Assembly: GCF_009914755.1 (NCBI RefSeq)
Contig: NC_060932.1
DNA length: 64,000 nt
Origin: the human T2T-CHM13v2.0 reference genome, Homo sapiens
Reading direction: 5' to 3' (one strand)
Under the pieces are notes generated by a model, which searched no databases, had not been told where the DNA came from, and saw only the letters and a program-made list of their open reading frames with translations. A program made the position numbers and the translations under genes. The first letter of the stretch is position 1, and every line of letters begins with the position of its first letter. This document shows positions 25,986 through 39,586 of this stretch, piece after piece.

Positions 25986-26997
25986 ACTTTTCAGGAAAAG
26001 ACTCACACTTTGGGTGAGCTTGGAAGCTGCTACCACCTCATTCATCTGGAGGGGAAGTCTGTGATGTACTAACTCTGGGTTCTGTACCTGCAAGAACTGG
26101 CTCCAGCCCTAGCTAGCGCTACCACTTAATTAGCCATGCTAACACTGGCTAAGCCGATTGGCTAAGCAAAAGGGTGTATTACTGGATCGTCTGTTTCCTT
26201 GTCTGTAAACTTGGACAGTGACAGTACCCACCTCATTGGTTATCATGAATACTAAATGCAGCAGTGTTGCAAGTTCCTAGCAAATAGTAAACTCTCACAA
26301 AATGCTGCCAAGAGCCCCAACTTTCCTGCTTCATCATCCTTCTGCCTCCACAAAGAGTTTGTTCTCAGAATTTTCATGAGATACTTGTGGACCTCCCAGA
26401 TGTTGGATTCTGCACAAAAGCAGTGACTCATCCAGGGGTTCATGCAGGCCAGGGGACAGTGGCAGGTGGAGGGAATGGCAGGACTTGGCTCCAGGCCCTG
26501 GAATGGTGACAGATGAACTGGTTTTCACTTGGAGATGAAATTCACTCTTTAATTATAGTGCTTTCTCCCAGACATCAACCTAAACACAGAGTATGGCCAA
26601 GGCTTCCATTTTAAGACCATAATTGGTGAGTCTAGCCCTAAAACCCTTTCATAGAACTTCTCTAAAATTGCAGTGTTCTCACCCTCTAAAAATATGCAGC
26701 TCAGTTTGGTCATGTTGCAAAAATGCCCCTTATATTGACCATGAAAATAGCAACATGTGGAGGATGCTTAAGAAAATGAAAACCCAGCATCTCTTGCAGT
26801 CAAGCCAGGTCCCAACTTCAGGAAGACACATCTCCTGAGTCTTAGGATGGCACCCACTGCTCCAGGACAGAGTATGGAGGTTTACCTTCCTCTTGCCGGG
26901 CCTGGGTGAAACATTATGTTATTTGGCAACTTCTCTGGATGAATCTTTTCTCTCTCTTATTTTTTCTTTCTTTTTTTAATGTAAAAAAGTATAGACA

Positions 26998-27359
26998 TGT
27001 CATAGACTGAATGTTTGCATCCTCCTCAAATTTGTATGTTGAAACCCTAACCTCCAATGGGATGTTATTAAAAGGTGGGGCCTTTGGGCACTGATCAGGG
27101 TGCAGAGCCTCATGATGGGGTCGGTGCCCTTCTAAAAGAGGCAACAGAGGGCTCGCTTGGTCTTTCTGCTCTCTGCCATGTGATGATACAGCAAGAAGAC
27201 AGCTATCCATCAAGCAGAAAGAGGGCACCACCAAGAACCCAATCATGTTGGCCCCCCGCTTTCAAACTTCCAGCCTCCAGAACTGTGAGAAATAAATGTT
27301 TGTTGTTTAAGCCACCCAGCCTATGGTATTCTGTTATAGCAGCTTGAGCAACCAAAACA
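26998..27359 (+). mobile_element. MLT1A0-like solo LTR
   Basis: tgtcatagactgaatgtttg...ccagcctccagaactgtgagaaataaatg...gttatagcagc. Confidence 0.88.
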
Positions 27360-28454
27360 TGGCACTAGATTGTTTTGCTGCTTTATTTACCAGTCTAATT
27401 TTAGTGAACTCTCCACCAGTGTGCTGGTTGTCAAAGACAGGTTTAAGATAAAAATTATAAACTTCCCTGTATAGCTAAGAACAGGGTGTTATCAAAGGCA
27501 AAGACCCTTTCATACCTGGGGATAATGTTCTGGAAAAGGTGCTCAGCTGCATAGGAAACTCAGACAGGATAGAAGGAGCATTGACTTAGAGCCAAGACAT
27601 CTGATTCTCTTCTGGCCTAGTTATTTTCCAGCTCCATGTTCTGAAAAATGTCATATAACTTCTCTGAGTTTCTGACTCCTCCTCTGTGAAAGAGGCACTA
27701 GAGCCCCTACCCAACCCCTCATTTGGGTGCTTTCGGGATCAAACATGATGATGAAGTGAATATGGTTTGTAAACTTCAAAGTGCTATGCTTGTGATCGCC
27801 ATAGTGTTCTGCTAACACAAGGTAAATGCTACCAAATATTTATTAAAGGACACACTACTGTGGTCTTCTGGGAAAAGAAGCAAGAAAACAAGAAAGAAGA
27901 AAACACAAAAGCAAGCAAGAAGGTGTGTGTATGTTACAGAGAGACAGAGATTTTCTTTATTAATGATCACTGATGCCCCACTGAACATCTCTGCAGGAGT
28001 GTTCTGGAATCAGCTCTCCCGAATGATCATGGAAGCCTATCTTGAGAGGCAGCCTTTCAAGCTCTTCAGTGTTATTTGTGGAAAGTATGATACATCCATT
28101 GACCTAGACTCACAGTCCTTTGTCTCAGTGGAAACTTAAGTGGAAACTCAGGATCACCCTCACTTCGTCTGGCTCTAGGCACGGCCCTTGCACCAGATGG
28201 GACGAGCTCACCTCCTCACCTCTGCCCAAGCCATCTCTGTGGCTGCTATGCCTGTGCTTCCCTCCCCCATGCTGAGACAGCCACGTCCTACGTACAGGAC
28301 TAGGGAGGCAGCACCAGAGAGCAGTTGGAGGGCACAAGCTTCACTACATACAAAGGCCAGTTCCAATCCTGTTCCACCGAGCAGGAACAGTGCCCTCACA
28401 GGCCAGTCATTTTAACCTCTTGTGTCTTATTTTCTTCATATATAAAGGAAGACG

Positions 28455-28891
28455 TCTTAGCTGGGGTTTTCCGAGAAGCAGACTCTCAGATGGAGATTTG
28501 CATGCAAGAAGCTTGGTGCAGAGCATGCTTGGGATATAGAAGGAAGTGAGGGGCAGGATTGGCCAGAGGAAGAAGAACTTTGATGCAAATCAAATGATGG
28601 CCCCACTGATCTTCCAGTGAGCTCTGAAGCTAGGCTGGCCGTTCAGATTTGTTCCATCTTGAGGCTGGGGGTACGAACCTTTATCTACCCCCATGGACAG
28701 TGTTGGGATGCAGGCTGTCCATGGGGAAGGGGAGGCAGTTCTCTTAGATCAAAGACAATTCCTAGAGAGAGACTCAGTTGGGAGCTGCCAGCCATCAGCT
28801 TAACAACAGTTGGGGAAATGAGAGCCTTGGTCCTGCAGGGGGGTCTCAGTACTGCAGGGGGTCTAAATGGCACCCCACAGTGTCCCTTACA
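28455..28891 (-). mobile_element. ERVL LTR16-like solo LTR
   Basis: gaagcagactctcagatggagatttgcatgca...gcaccccacagtgtcccttaca. Confidence 0.6.
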
Positions 28892-29336
28892 GAAAACAAC
28901 TGATAGCAACTGGTGTAGTGTCTGTAAAGACCTGAGCATAGTACCACATGATTAACCTGATATGTCTGTTAGTATCATTACCTCATATTATTTTAACTGT
29001 TGCTTTGTAACAATTATATCATGATGTTTTTCTTTCTTCTCAACTTCTCTCCCATTCTACTATGAGCTGCTTAATAGAAACAGCCATGCTTTCTGTTTGT
29101 TTCGTTCTGTTTTCAACCTTTGTATTCCTAGGCTTGAGCACAGAATCTGGCTCATAAATAATTCAATAAATACTTGTAGAATGGAAAGATGGATCAAGCT
29201 ATAAGGTTGCACAGGAATGGAGACCAAGAGGAGGATGCCCCTAAGGCTGCCTTTGGGGATATTGGGTAATACACGGCTGTCTTTGTTACTCACCAGGTGA
29301 CAACTGCATGTGACTGTCCGTTGCCTTCTCTCCTAG

Positions 29337-29471
29337 TGTCTCTGGACTCGTGGCAGTCCCTGGCCCTCTCTTCAGTGGTTGTTGATCCATCCATTAGGCA
29401 CTTTGATGTTGCCCATGTCAGCACTGCTGCCACCAGCAATTTCTCTGCTGTCCGAGACCTCTGTTTGTCGG
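29337..29471 (+). CDS. TG: Thyroglobulin coding exon (exon 36, 135 bp)
   Basis: ctcctag|TGTCTCTGGAC...TTGTCGG|gtaagg; VSLDSWQSLALSSVVVDPSIRHFDVAHVSTAATSNFSAVRDLCLS. Confidence 0.97.
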
Positions 29472-30689
29472 GTAAGGGGAGTTTCCAACCCACAGGTTGG
29501 GTGGGACAAAACCTCACACAAGTGCTGCTCAAGATTCTCAACTTAGAAAAACACATGAGACACTACGATAACCTAGGATGCTTGGAAGTAAGGGATTAAC
29601 CTGGGGAAGAAGACCTGGGTGAAGTCTCCTCATTACCCCACAGGGCAGCCAAGGTGTCCAAGGGAATATGCCAGCCAGAAGATGAGGGACATAAACCCAG
29701 GTCAGAGGAAGATCAGAAGAATGATCTAGTGGGTTAGTCTGAGGCAGGAAAGATGCACATGCGTGGCAGCTCTGGCAGCTGACCTCAGTTAGCAGGTGGG
29801 CTGTTGTGGTGAGGAGGAAGTACACTTGTCTGGCCAGTGGGATACACCTAAGAGCTATTGTTTTGGTAAAACTCAAATTTTGGGAGACATTTTTCAATGC
29901 AGTTGAATGACTTTTTAATAGGCAAAGCTGCCCACAGATGCATAATTCTTTTAGAGAGTTTTTGGTCATTGTTGGTATTTAAACAAAAGCTAGGTAACCA
30001 CTTGATGGGAATGTTCTACAAAGAATTTTAGCTTCTGAAAGAGGGAGACATCAGATAACATTTATACCCTTGCCAAGATTCTAACCCCCACTGAGGTTCT
30101 ATGAATTCCATGAATCTCCTTCTCTGCAAGGTTGGATAATAATATGCACAAAGCTATGCATATCTTGCAGATTGGACCACCATGTACAGATATGCAGGTT
30201 ATGCACTGCACACCTCTGGGTGGTACCATTCACAGAAATTGAGCTATAAATAGGGCTCTTAGGCTGTCAACAACCTGATCAATAAAATGAAGCAGCACTT
30301 TTTCAGAACTGTTCTTAGGACTGAATGTCATATAATTTAAGTTGTCTAGTGCAGAACTTGACATGCAAGGGAAAGGGCATGGTCCCTGGTGGAACACTGG
30401 GTATGGTGCCAGCTGAGGAGGCATTGAAGAACAGGAGAGGAAGACAGGGCTGAAGATAAAGGCCGGAGTATGGAGAGCCTTGTTTGAGGTAATCCTTAAG
30501 TGCATGGGGAGCCATGGAGATATATTAAGCAGGGAAATAACAAGAGCACATTTATAAATTAAATAAACAAAAAAGACCTTAATGCTGCATGGAAAGTAGA
30601 TTGATCAGAGGGTTGGGTTTCTCATTGCTACCATTTTATTTCCATCCCCTGGTACAGTGCCTAGGATTTATTGTAGTGCTCACATAAAT

Positions 30690-30985
30690 GAGTGATTGCA
30701 TGACTGATGGATGGATTCATGGATTCATGGATGCATGAGCGGATGAAAGGATAGATGGATGGAAGGGTGGATGAGTGGTTGGGTGGATGGATGGATTGAT
30801 GGATTCATGGATACATGATTTGATGAAAGGGTAGATGGATGGAAGAGTAGATGAGTGGATGGGTGGATGGATGAATGGATGGATAGACGGATGGATTCAT
30901 GGATGCATGATTGGATAGAAGGATGGATGGATGGAAGGGTGGATGAGTGGATGGTTGGATGGATGACTGGAAGAATGCATGAGTG
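30690..30985. repeat. (GGAT)n-type degenerate tetranucleotide repeat just upstream of TG exon 37
   Basis: gatggatggattcatggattcatggatgc... Confidence 0.92.
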
Positions 30986-31035
30986 AAGTAACATCTCTGA
31001 GGCCCAAGCATCACTCTTCTCCCTCTTTTCTGCAG

Positions 31036-31200
31036 AATGTTCCCAACATGAGGCCTGTCTCATCACCACTCTGCAAACCCAACCTGGGGCTGTGAGATGT
31101 ATGTTCTATGCTGATACTCAAAGCTGCACACATAGTCTGCAGGGTCAGAACTGCCGACTTCTGCTTCGTGAAGAGGCCACCCACATCTACCGGAAGCCAG
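31036..31200 (+). CDS. TG: Thyroglobulin coding exon (exon 37, 165 bp)
   Basis: ttttctgcag|AATGTTCC...AAGCCAG|gtaagc; [55 protein letters not shown]; splice phase consistent with neighbours. Confidence 0.97.
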
Positions 31201-31964
31201 GTAAGCCCAAGCCTATGCCTTTGCAGCCATCCTGGGAAACTGGGTCTGGGGAAGGGACTATTTAAACACTTGGTGAGTTGGAGGACAGTGGCTTTTGTTG
31301 GCCAAAGTTCTGGGCTAGGTGGCACTCACTTGAGGTAGACTGAAGGAAGGTAGAAAAAATTCCTACTTCTGTATCAGTTTTATTCATTTATTCCTTTAAG
31401 TTATAGAAGCCATCTTGGTTTTGAAGCTTCTTAGTAAAATAATTCAAAAGCCCACTTTTTATTACGGTTTTGTAGTTTAGAGAGTTCTTTCACAGGCCTT
31501 ATCTCATTTGGTCCTCACATTAATCCTGTGTGGTGGCAGGATAAGGGCTTTATCCCTGTCTTAGAAATCAGAAGGCTGTAGCCCAGATAATTTAAGTTAA
31601 TTCTGTGATTTCACACAGCTAATGATGATGGAGCTGGAACTTGGAGCCAGATCACCTATCTCAAGATGCAATCCTCTCCCACAAAGCCATGCAGCCTAAC
31701 TATCGCATCTAAACACTTCAGAGAGAGAAGCTGTTCCTGGCTGAGTTTAGTTTTAAAACACGTGTCAGATACTGTGTTGGTTCTGGGGCTCCAGGCAAGG
31801 CAAGAGGGAGTAGCCATAAATCCATCACTAAGTAAGACTGCTAAGAGCTGTAGAACAGGAAACAGGGACTGGGCATCTGGGGGAATCCCCTCCCCCACTA
31901 GACATATTTATTGGATGAAATTGATGACTGTTGTTAGCTACATCTGCCATCTTGTCTTCTAGAG

Positions 31965-32125
31965 CAAGGTTCTACAACCATTCTTTTCTGTTAACACTAA
32001 TCAGCTGCTATTGTAGCATGGGAGCAGCAATAAACAACATGTAAGTCAGTAGATGTGACTGTGTTCCAATAAAACTTTATTTACAAAACCAAGTAGCAGC
32101 AGATTTGGCCCCATGCTGTCCTAGA
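31965..32125 (+). mobile_element. MER58A-like hAT fragment
   Basis: gtgactgtgttccaataaaactttatttacaaaa...gatttggccc. Confidence 0.75.
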
Positions 32126-32329
32126 GCATTGACAGTCCTTTGGTTCTGTCTTGATTCCAGAGATATCTTCCTCTTCTGCCCCCTCCTCAGCCTTAGCCTT
32201 CAGACCACAAGAGTGTCTTCCAGACCTGAGAATGCTTTGATCGCTAGGTGATGAGCTGTTAGGCCCTCAATCGTAAGTCTTGCCCTCTCTTTATCTGGAC
32301 ATTTATATTATTTAGTCAGGCTATGTAGA

Positions 32330-32586
32330 TTTTTTTTCTGAGACAGAGTCTCACTCTGTCACTCAGGCTGGAGTGCAGTTGCACAATCTCGGGTCACTGC
32401 AACCTCTGCCCCCCGGGTTCAAGCGATTCTCATGCCTTGCTGGGAATACAGGTGCACGCCATGATGCCCAGCTAATTTTTCTATTTTTAATAGAGATAGG
32501 GTTTTGCCATGCTGGCCAGGCTGGTCTTGAACTCCTGGCTTCAAGGGATCCACCTGCCTCAGCCTCCCAAACTGCTGGGATTATAG
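32330..32586 (-). mobile_element. Alu, partially deleted
   Basis: T-run, gagacagagtctcactctgtc...cctcccaaactgctgggattatag. Confidence 0.9.
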
Positions 32587-33675
32587 ATTTTAATAGTATA
32601 TTTCACAACAGTGTGGGCAATCTGTGTGGTAGTTCTGCTGAAAAATGACTTAACATTGAGGTTTGAGTTCTGTAAAACACAAATTAGACTGCTTCTCTAT
32701 TACTTCAGTGTGACTAAAATTCAATGGGAAATGCTCACTTCCAAAAGATGTGTGCACATATGCATCTACAGGTGTCTCAACTTTCACACAGACGTTATTT
32801 GTTTACAGCTAATACACATGGCCACAGATAATTTTCTTAACCCAGGTAGTCACGTGGCCTCTGTGGGTATTCTAGAAAGAATCTACCATTTCTGCAAAAG
32901 AATTTGAAAGAGATAACTTCACATCTAACATTTTCCCCGTGTTTGATCTCATTGAGTTGGGGATTCACTGGGCAGCCTCTGAAGGGAAGACTGAATACCA
33001 CTGCCATGGGAAAGCAGGCCTGCATTCCCCCAAAATTCTTCAGCCTTTATATTTGTTCTGGCTTTGCTCCCGCCTTTGGATGTGCCACGTATACAAAATG
33101 TGGCTGTTTCCTGCATAGCAGAATGAGGTTCCAGCACTTCAGCAGCCACGGTCCTGAGTGCTTGCCCAAGACCCCTTGATTTATGATTGTGACAGGAAGT
33201 TTTGCAAGGAGGAACTATGGGGTGACATCAGCCATGATTTGTGATTGAGGCCAGATTAAAAAACAGCAACTGTTCCTTTCCAGCCTGAGTTTCCATTTTG
33301 AGTTCTAACTCATATTCCAATGTCTTTGCGACAGAGAAGGCTTCATTTGCTCTTTTTTTCCTCTTTCTCTTTTTTTCTCTCCCTGTGTCCCCCCACCCCT
33401 GCCAATTCCTTCCTTTTTTCCTTCCACTCATTCATTCATTTACTTATGTGTTGGACTTCTGCCATTTTTCAGGCACTGAGCTTGGAACATTACAGGTGTT
33501 ATTATTTATTCCTGTTGTAGGAGATGCTATTGTTCCCATTTCATAGGCAGAAAGACTGTAAAGTTTTTCCAATAACTAGCTGTTCCATAAGCATAAAACC
33601 CAGATCTGCTTGACTCCTTAACCAATTCACCATGGTGACGCTCAGTGACCTGGAAGTCAAGGACAGACATGATAC

Positions 33676-33903
33676 CCAGGCTTCTCAACCTCAGAACCCG
33701 CTGACATTTGGGGCTGGAGTATTCTTTGTTGTATATGTGTGGGAGCAGTGGTTGTCCTGCCTACTGTAGGATGTCTAACAACAGCCCTTGTCTCTCCCAC
33801 CAGATGTCAGTGGCATCTCTCCCTGACCCCTGTGACAGCCAAAAATGTCTCCAGATGTGGCCAAATGTCCCCTGTGGGCAAAATTACTTCCAGTTGAGAA
33901 CCT
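33676..33903 (+). mobile_element. MER20
   Basis: ttctcaacctc...gacatttggggctgg...aaaaatgtctccaga...gttgagaacc. Confidence 0.85.
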
Positions 33904-35213
33904 CTATATGATACAAAGCTCCTGCGGAGTAGATGGACTTCTGTCTGCAGGTCTATCTGCCTCCTCTCCCCACTGTCTTGTTTAGTCACCACTGCAATAG
34001 ATACATATTTTTATAGAAGGATCTGCAGAGAAAGCAGAAAGGCTTTGTCTGTCAATCAGCCGAGAGTGGAGTTCAGCAGACCAAATCTACGTGTCAGAAA
34101 TAAGAGACTTCTCACACACACTTGAAGTATCTCTCCATGAGTGTTTACCGCTTCCTTTGTGCAGGGCTTTGAGTCCTGTGTGGCATCAGACAGGCCTGTC
34201 TTAAGTTCCTGAAAACAGTACTTGGCACTGAGCCTGGGCCCAACAAAAGTTTACCAGATCAATCAATGAATGAAAGAAAATGTCGTCGAGGAAACAAGAT
34301 AGGGCTACAGAGAAACTGATGAACGTCGCTGGCGATTAGTGTTGCATGGAGCAGGGTGGGAGGCATGGCAGGCGGCACCAGTGTTGGCCTTGTGGACAAG
34401 GAGGGATTTGGACATGAAAAAATGGGCAGGAGGGCCTCACAAGCTGGGGCACCCAGGGCAACCTTGGCGCAGAGAGAGGCAAAGCTCTGAACTGGTCCCA
34501 ACCCTTTGTGCATGGGGTGTGGTCAGAGCTGGGGTTGAGAAAGGTGTGGCTTTGAATCCTACATCACCCTATATCACCTGTGATCCTAGCAGGCCCTAGG
34601 CCTCCACCTCTACATCTCTTCCCTCACTAATGAGATGTAAATGTGGGCCTGCAACCCCTGCACTGCAATTCTGAAACCCAAAAGTCCTAAAAGTCTTTTT
34701 TTTTTTTTTTTGGTAAGTTTACAGCTAACTCATTTGGCAGCAAAATCTGACATGGGTGGCTGAAGAAATTCTATTCTTTACTCATCTCTCTCAGGATGAG
34801 TAACCCACACATCTCACCACAGAAATGTTGGCTGTGTTTAAAGGTGGGGCTGCACTCCAGACCTCCCCAGGGGATTGGGTGTTGTTTGCTGTTTGCTTCT
34901 CTGTTCTTTCAAAAGGCCCCAGGGTGCTGGTAAAGGGTCCTGGGCCTGGATCCATGTATAGAAGGGATTAGCATTGCATTCTGTGCATTTTGGTGCCTAA
35001 TAAAGATCAGCTGTTTTTGCCATTTTTTTTGTTTGTTTACATTGAAAACCTGACTACATTTAAGCTGTAGGGGTCTGAATGAATGATTGACATTTTCAAG
35101 GTGCAAAAACCGTGATTTTTCTTTTGTTGAAAGCACATTCAGAATGCCAGTGGAGAGAGCACTCACTGAGGCCTCTCCCCTTCCTCACCCCTTTCTCTTC
35201 CCTTTCCCAACAG

Positions 35214-35433
35214 GAATCTCTCTGCTCAGCTATGAGGCATCTGTACCTTCTGTGCCCATTTCCACCCATGGCCGGCTGCTGGGCAGGTCCCAGGCCATCC
35301 AGGTGGGTACCTCATGGAAGCAAGTGGACCAGTTCCTTGGAGTTCCATATGCTGCCCCGCCCCTGGCAGAGAGGCGCTTCCAGGCACCAGAGCCCTTGAA
35401 CTGGACAGGCTCCTGGGATGCCAGCAAGCCAAG
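35214..35433 (+). CDS. TG: Thyroglobulin coding exon (exon 38, 220 bp), start of cholinesterase-like domain
   Basis: cccaacag|GAATCTC...CCAAG|gtatgg; GISLLSYEAS...FLGVPYAAPPLAERRFQAPEP, matching the carboxylesterase FLGIPYAxPP motif. Confidence 0.98.
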
Positions 35434-37037
35434 GTATGGGTTGAGTGGAGCACATCTTGGTAAATGCTCAGAGAAATCTCCTCCATTCTAATCTATCCAA
35501 ATGGGACTCAGTAGCAGAGCAGTGCATTTTGGATAAAGCAATGTATGGAGGATGGAATATATTAGCTAAGATATCATTAAGTGCTGTGACAGATAAACTC
35601 CTAAGTAACAGTGGCTTAACACTGTTTTGCTCATGTAAAGCCCATCAGGTGATGGAGGGGCCTGTATGCTCTGCTCCATGCAGTGATTCAGGGACGCAGG
35701 CTGATGGAGGCTCTGCCTTCTTCAGCATGAATCTTCCAAGGTCCCCTGGACATTGATCCAGGAAGAGAGGCTGTGAAATAATTGACAGGAGAGGTTCCCA
35801 TAGAATAAGCCTGGAAGTGGGGTTCACACATCACTGGCACCGCTATTGCAGTGGCCAAGCTCAGCTTCCTGGCCATATCTGATCTTAATGAAGCTGGGAG
35901 ACACAGCATTGAAGGGAAAGTAAATGAGCTAATGAAATTTTTCCCACTAGGAAAAAAATTACAAGTTTTTTTTTTTTTTAGGGCACCCATATCCTATCTT
36001 CTTTCCTCATCAAAAATTTCATTTTTTCCTCTTTTCCATGTGTATACCACTTTAAATAGCAAGCATATTGAAGAACAATATTGTGATTTTTTTCTAATTA
36101 AAGCATACTCGGAGTATCTGTGAAAACAGCACTTATTACTGCTGCTCTTCTCCTTCCCAACTGAATCTCCTTCCCAACAGGTACCCCATGGCTCTATCCT
36201 CAGGCAGCTGCAACCTCCATACCCATTATCACCATGGCTGGCTGCTAAGCAGGTCCATGGGCCCATTACTAGATAGAGTGATGAGCTAGGAGGCTCTTAA
36301 AGTACTCCAGGAAAAGGGTGATAAGGGCTTCAGCTAGGATGGTGGCAGTCGGAGTGGAAAGGCATGGATTTCCATCTGCTCCACTGCTGGGAAACAAAAA
36401 TAACAAATATGCGTGAATTAAAGTGCCTTACCATGTTAGGATGTACCCATTTGACAGATGAAATGACGGAGTCACATAGGTTTGAGTGGAGAGTAGTTGA
36501 GAGCTTGGGTCATTGTAGTCCAGGGCTAGTAAGGATTAGGTGATGAGCCAAGTCACCCATTGGGTAGATGACCATTGCGCTGCCATTAGTCATAGTCACA
36601 GCTGTAGTCAGCTCTCATACTGGGAGTTGCTCAAACCAGCACTGTAGGACTCTGTACTGGTGTAGAAAGCAGGTAGGACACCCCCTCCAGAGGAGAGTCT
36701 GCACTCTTGGAGCAAAGAAGGGCCAAGGTCCTGAGTGGCTTTCATTGTCTTCTTCTCTATCTCAAGCTGTTGCATCAGCAGACTTCTCTAAGTTGGTGCA
36801 TTGTCTCTGGGGAATGTTCTTCCACAGGCCAGTGGCCAGAGAGCGGTGGGCACTCTGTCATTCCCTCCATTCACTGAAGCTGAATCTTTCCACTCCCATT
36901 TCCTGAAGCTGCCTAATTTCTGCAGAGCTGGTGGGATGCCAGGCTTTGGAATGGGGTAGTGGGCTCTGACCATGGTGGTGGGTGGGGAGGGGTGGTGATG
37001 GAGCATGTCTTGGAAGTCACCCAGTCTGTATCTGCAG

Positions 37038-37131
37038 GGCCAGCTGCTGGCAGCCAGGCACCAGAACATCCACGTCTCCTGGAGTCAGTGAAGATTGTTT
37101 GTATCTCAATGTGTTCATCCCTCAGAATGTG
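37038..37131 (+). CDS. TG: Thyroglobulin coding exon (exon 39, 94 bp)
   Basis: ctgcag|GGCCAGC...AATGTG|gtgagt; ASCWQPGTRTSTSPGVSEDCLYLNVFIPQNV (SEDCLYLNV carboxylesterase type-B signature). Confidence 0.98.
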
Positions 37132-38944
37132 GTGAGTTCAAAAGCACTTGCTATGGTTGCCCTGAAGACTGTCCCATTAGAAATCCACTGTCCCCACTGT
37201 GGCCAGCACAGTTCAGTCTCCTCCTCTGTGGCCTGCTGAGCTGAGGTTAGGTGATTTGCCTAAGGACACTCAGTTAGTGAGTGATCTGTGGACTTGGTCA
37301 GTTGGTCCTCAGAGCTTGTGGCTAGAACCAGTGAGTGGTGACCATGGGCGTGTGCTTTTTCCATAGTGTCAGGAAGAAGACTGTGGACGTGGTTTGCAGT
37401 TTAAAGAGCACTTTTATATCTATGATTTTATTGGTCTTCACATCAACTCTAGGAGGATAGATAGATTGATAAATCGATTAGTCAATCAATTGATTGACAG
37501 AAAAATGGAGAGAGATATATTTACCCTTATCTTAAAGGTGCAGACCTGGGGCTAAGAGAGGCTAAGTGAGTTACATAAGGATATTCAGATGGGCAGAGTG
37601 GAGGCTCATCCCTGTCGCCGTGTTCCAAAGCCAGTGCTCTTTCTTCTTAGGGCATTTCCCAGTAACAGAGAGTTTGGCTTTTTCTGCCTTGGGCTGTCCG
37701 GGCCCCATCCTGACCTTGGAGGAGGAGCAGTGTTACCTCAGTCCAGATGGGCAGTACCTGGCCTCCAGGTGACAGGCCCTGCACAGGAGGGGCCAGCCTC
37801 CTGGACACTTCCTGTGGCTGTCGTTGAGGCGGGAGCTGAGGACTGCCTCTTCTTTCTGTGCCTTGCCCTTGCCTCAGCAGCCACAAGCCAAACGGCCTTT
37901 TCCCTTGTTGGTGAGCTACCCAATAAAGATGAGTCGGGCACTTTTAGGAGGGGGACACAGGGCCCCTTCACTGATCTGTCCCACAGAACAGGACAAATGA
38001 ACTCAAGACCACTCAGGCTGGTCTTTCTCTGTGGCATTTAAAAAGACCTCATATTCGAAGAATCCACAGCCACCAAGTGGTGGCATCTGAGCTGGAATGT
38101 CAGAGAGGAAGAGACTCCAGGTCAGCCCCTTCCTCTCTGAAAGGCATTTCAATGAGTGACTCCACTGCTCTGAAACTCTGCTTTCACAGCTGTAGAGTGG
38201 GGTGCTTATGTTCACCATAGCTTCTACCACCTTGGGTGGAAGATCAAATGAGACACTCTAGGGCAGAGCCTTTAGCACAGCACTTACGGGGGCAGGTCCT
38301 CAGGCAGTGTTTGCTCACGTGAGGGGGCCCCTTTGTAGAAACATCTGTGTGTCTGTCTGAGGCCATCATATGTGGAGTGGTGATGTCACAAGGAGTCAGG
38401 ACCTTGGATGGAGCACGAGTTACCGGGTGCCTGCCTACCCCATGGCCTGAACTGGGGCCTCAGATCCCCAGCTCAGACACACGATTCTAATATAATAGGG
38501 TCGGCCTACTTCCAAACCCTCAGCTCTGCTACCTCCTAGCTGTGTGATCTCAGGCAAGCCATTCAACATGTCTAAGCCTCTGCCTCTTCACCTGTCAAAT
38601 GTGGATAATAAGAATCTGCCAACTTCACAGAACTGTTTGAGGCCCCATTGTAAACACTTGGCACAGTGCCTGGCTCCTAGTAAGTGCATACTAAACTCTA
38701 GCTCTGTGTTACCAAGATGGGTCCAGTCACAGAGCATCCAAGGGAAAGGGGACGCCAAGGACCCAGAATGCTTTTTTGGAATAAACCATGGGCCAGAACT
38801 GGGAGCTGGAAGGCTGTGTGTTACCATGAGACGGGCTCCAGGTCTGCAGGGAGCAGCCATCTCTGACACCTGCTCACTCTGCAATGTGGGAGAAGTGTCC
38901 TCACCTTTTGTGACCTTCAGTTTCCTTCTCTATGAATGGGGTTT

Positions 38945-39305
38945 AATAGTTGCTCAGGCTGCCATAACAAAGCACTGCAAGCTGTGTGGCTTAAACAACA
39001 GAGAGATTTTTCTCACAATTCTAGAGACAGAAGTCCAAGATCAAGGTGTTGCAGGACTGGTTCCTTCAGAGGCTCCTCTCCTTGGCTTGTAGATGTTCCT
39101 TTTCTCTTCCTTGTGTCTTTATGTGGCCTTCCCTCTGTACCTGTGTCCTGACCCCCTCTTCTTATAAGGACACCGGTCCTATTGGTGACTTCATTTTACC
39201 TTAATTACCACATTAGACACTATCTCCAAATACAGTGAACTGCTGAGGTCTTGGGGGCTAGGACTTCAATGTATAAATTTAGAGGGACACAGCTCCATCC
39301 ACTGC
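38945..39305 (-). mobile_element. MaLR LTR (MLT1A-C group)
   Basis: ggctgccataacaaagcactgc...aagtccaagatcaagg...cttataaggacacc...gggacacagctcc. Confidence 0.82.
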
Positions 39306-39426
39306 ATGGGGCTAAGTATGCCACAGAGCTGGCCAGAGGAGTCCTGTGTCAACCAAGAATCAGGCTCCAAGCATGGGAAAGGTGCCCTCCCCACACTTTA
39401 GCCTCATGTTTCTCCAATACCCACAG

Positions 39427-39586
39427 GCCCCTAACGCGTCTGTGCTGGTGTTCTTCCACAACACCATGGACAGGGAGGAGAGTGAAGGATGGCCGGCTAT
39501 CGACGGCTCCTTCTTGGCTGCTGTTGGCAACCTCATCGTGGTCACTGCCAGCTACCGAGTGGGTGTCTTCGGCTTCCTGAGTTCTG
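39427..39586 (+). CDS. TG: Thyroglobulin coding exon (exon 40, 160 bp)
   Basis: ccacag|GCCCCTAAC...TTCTG|gtgagt; APNASVLVFFHNTM...IVVTASYRVGVFGFLSS. Confidence 0.98.

Noticed and set aside
30725-31069. IHPS-repeat ORFs
   Set aside because: Translations of the GGAT repeat
38544-39092. 182-aa ORF
   Set aside because: Spans MIR and MLT1 remnants; non-ATG start; no recognisable domain
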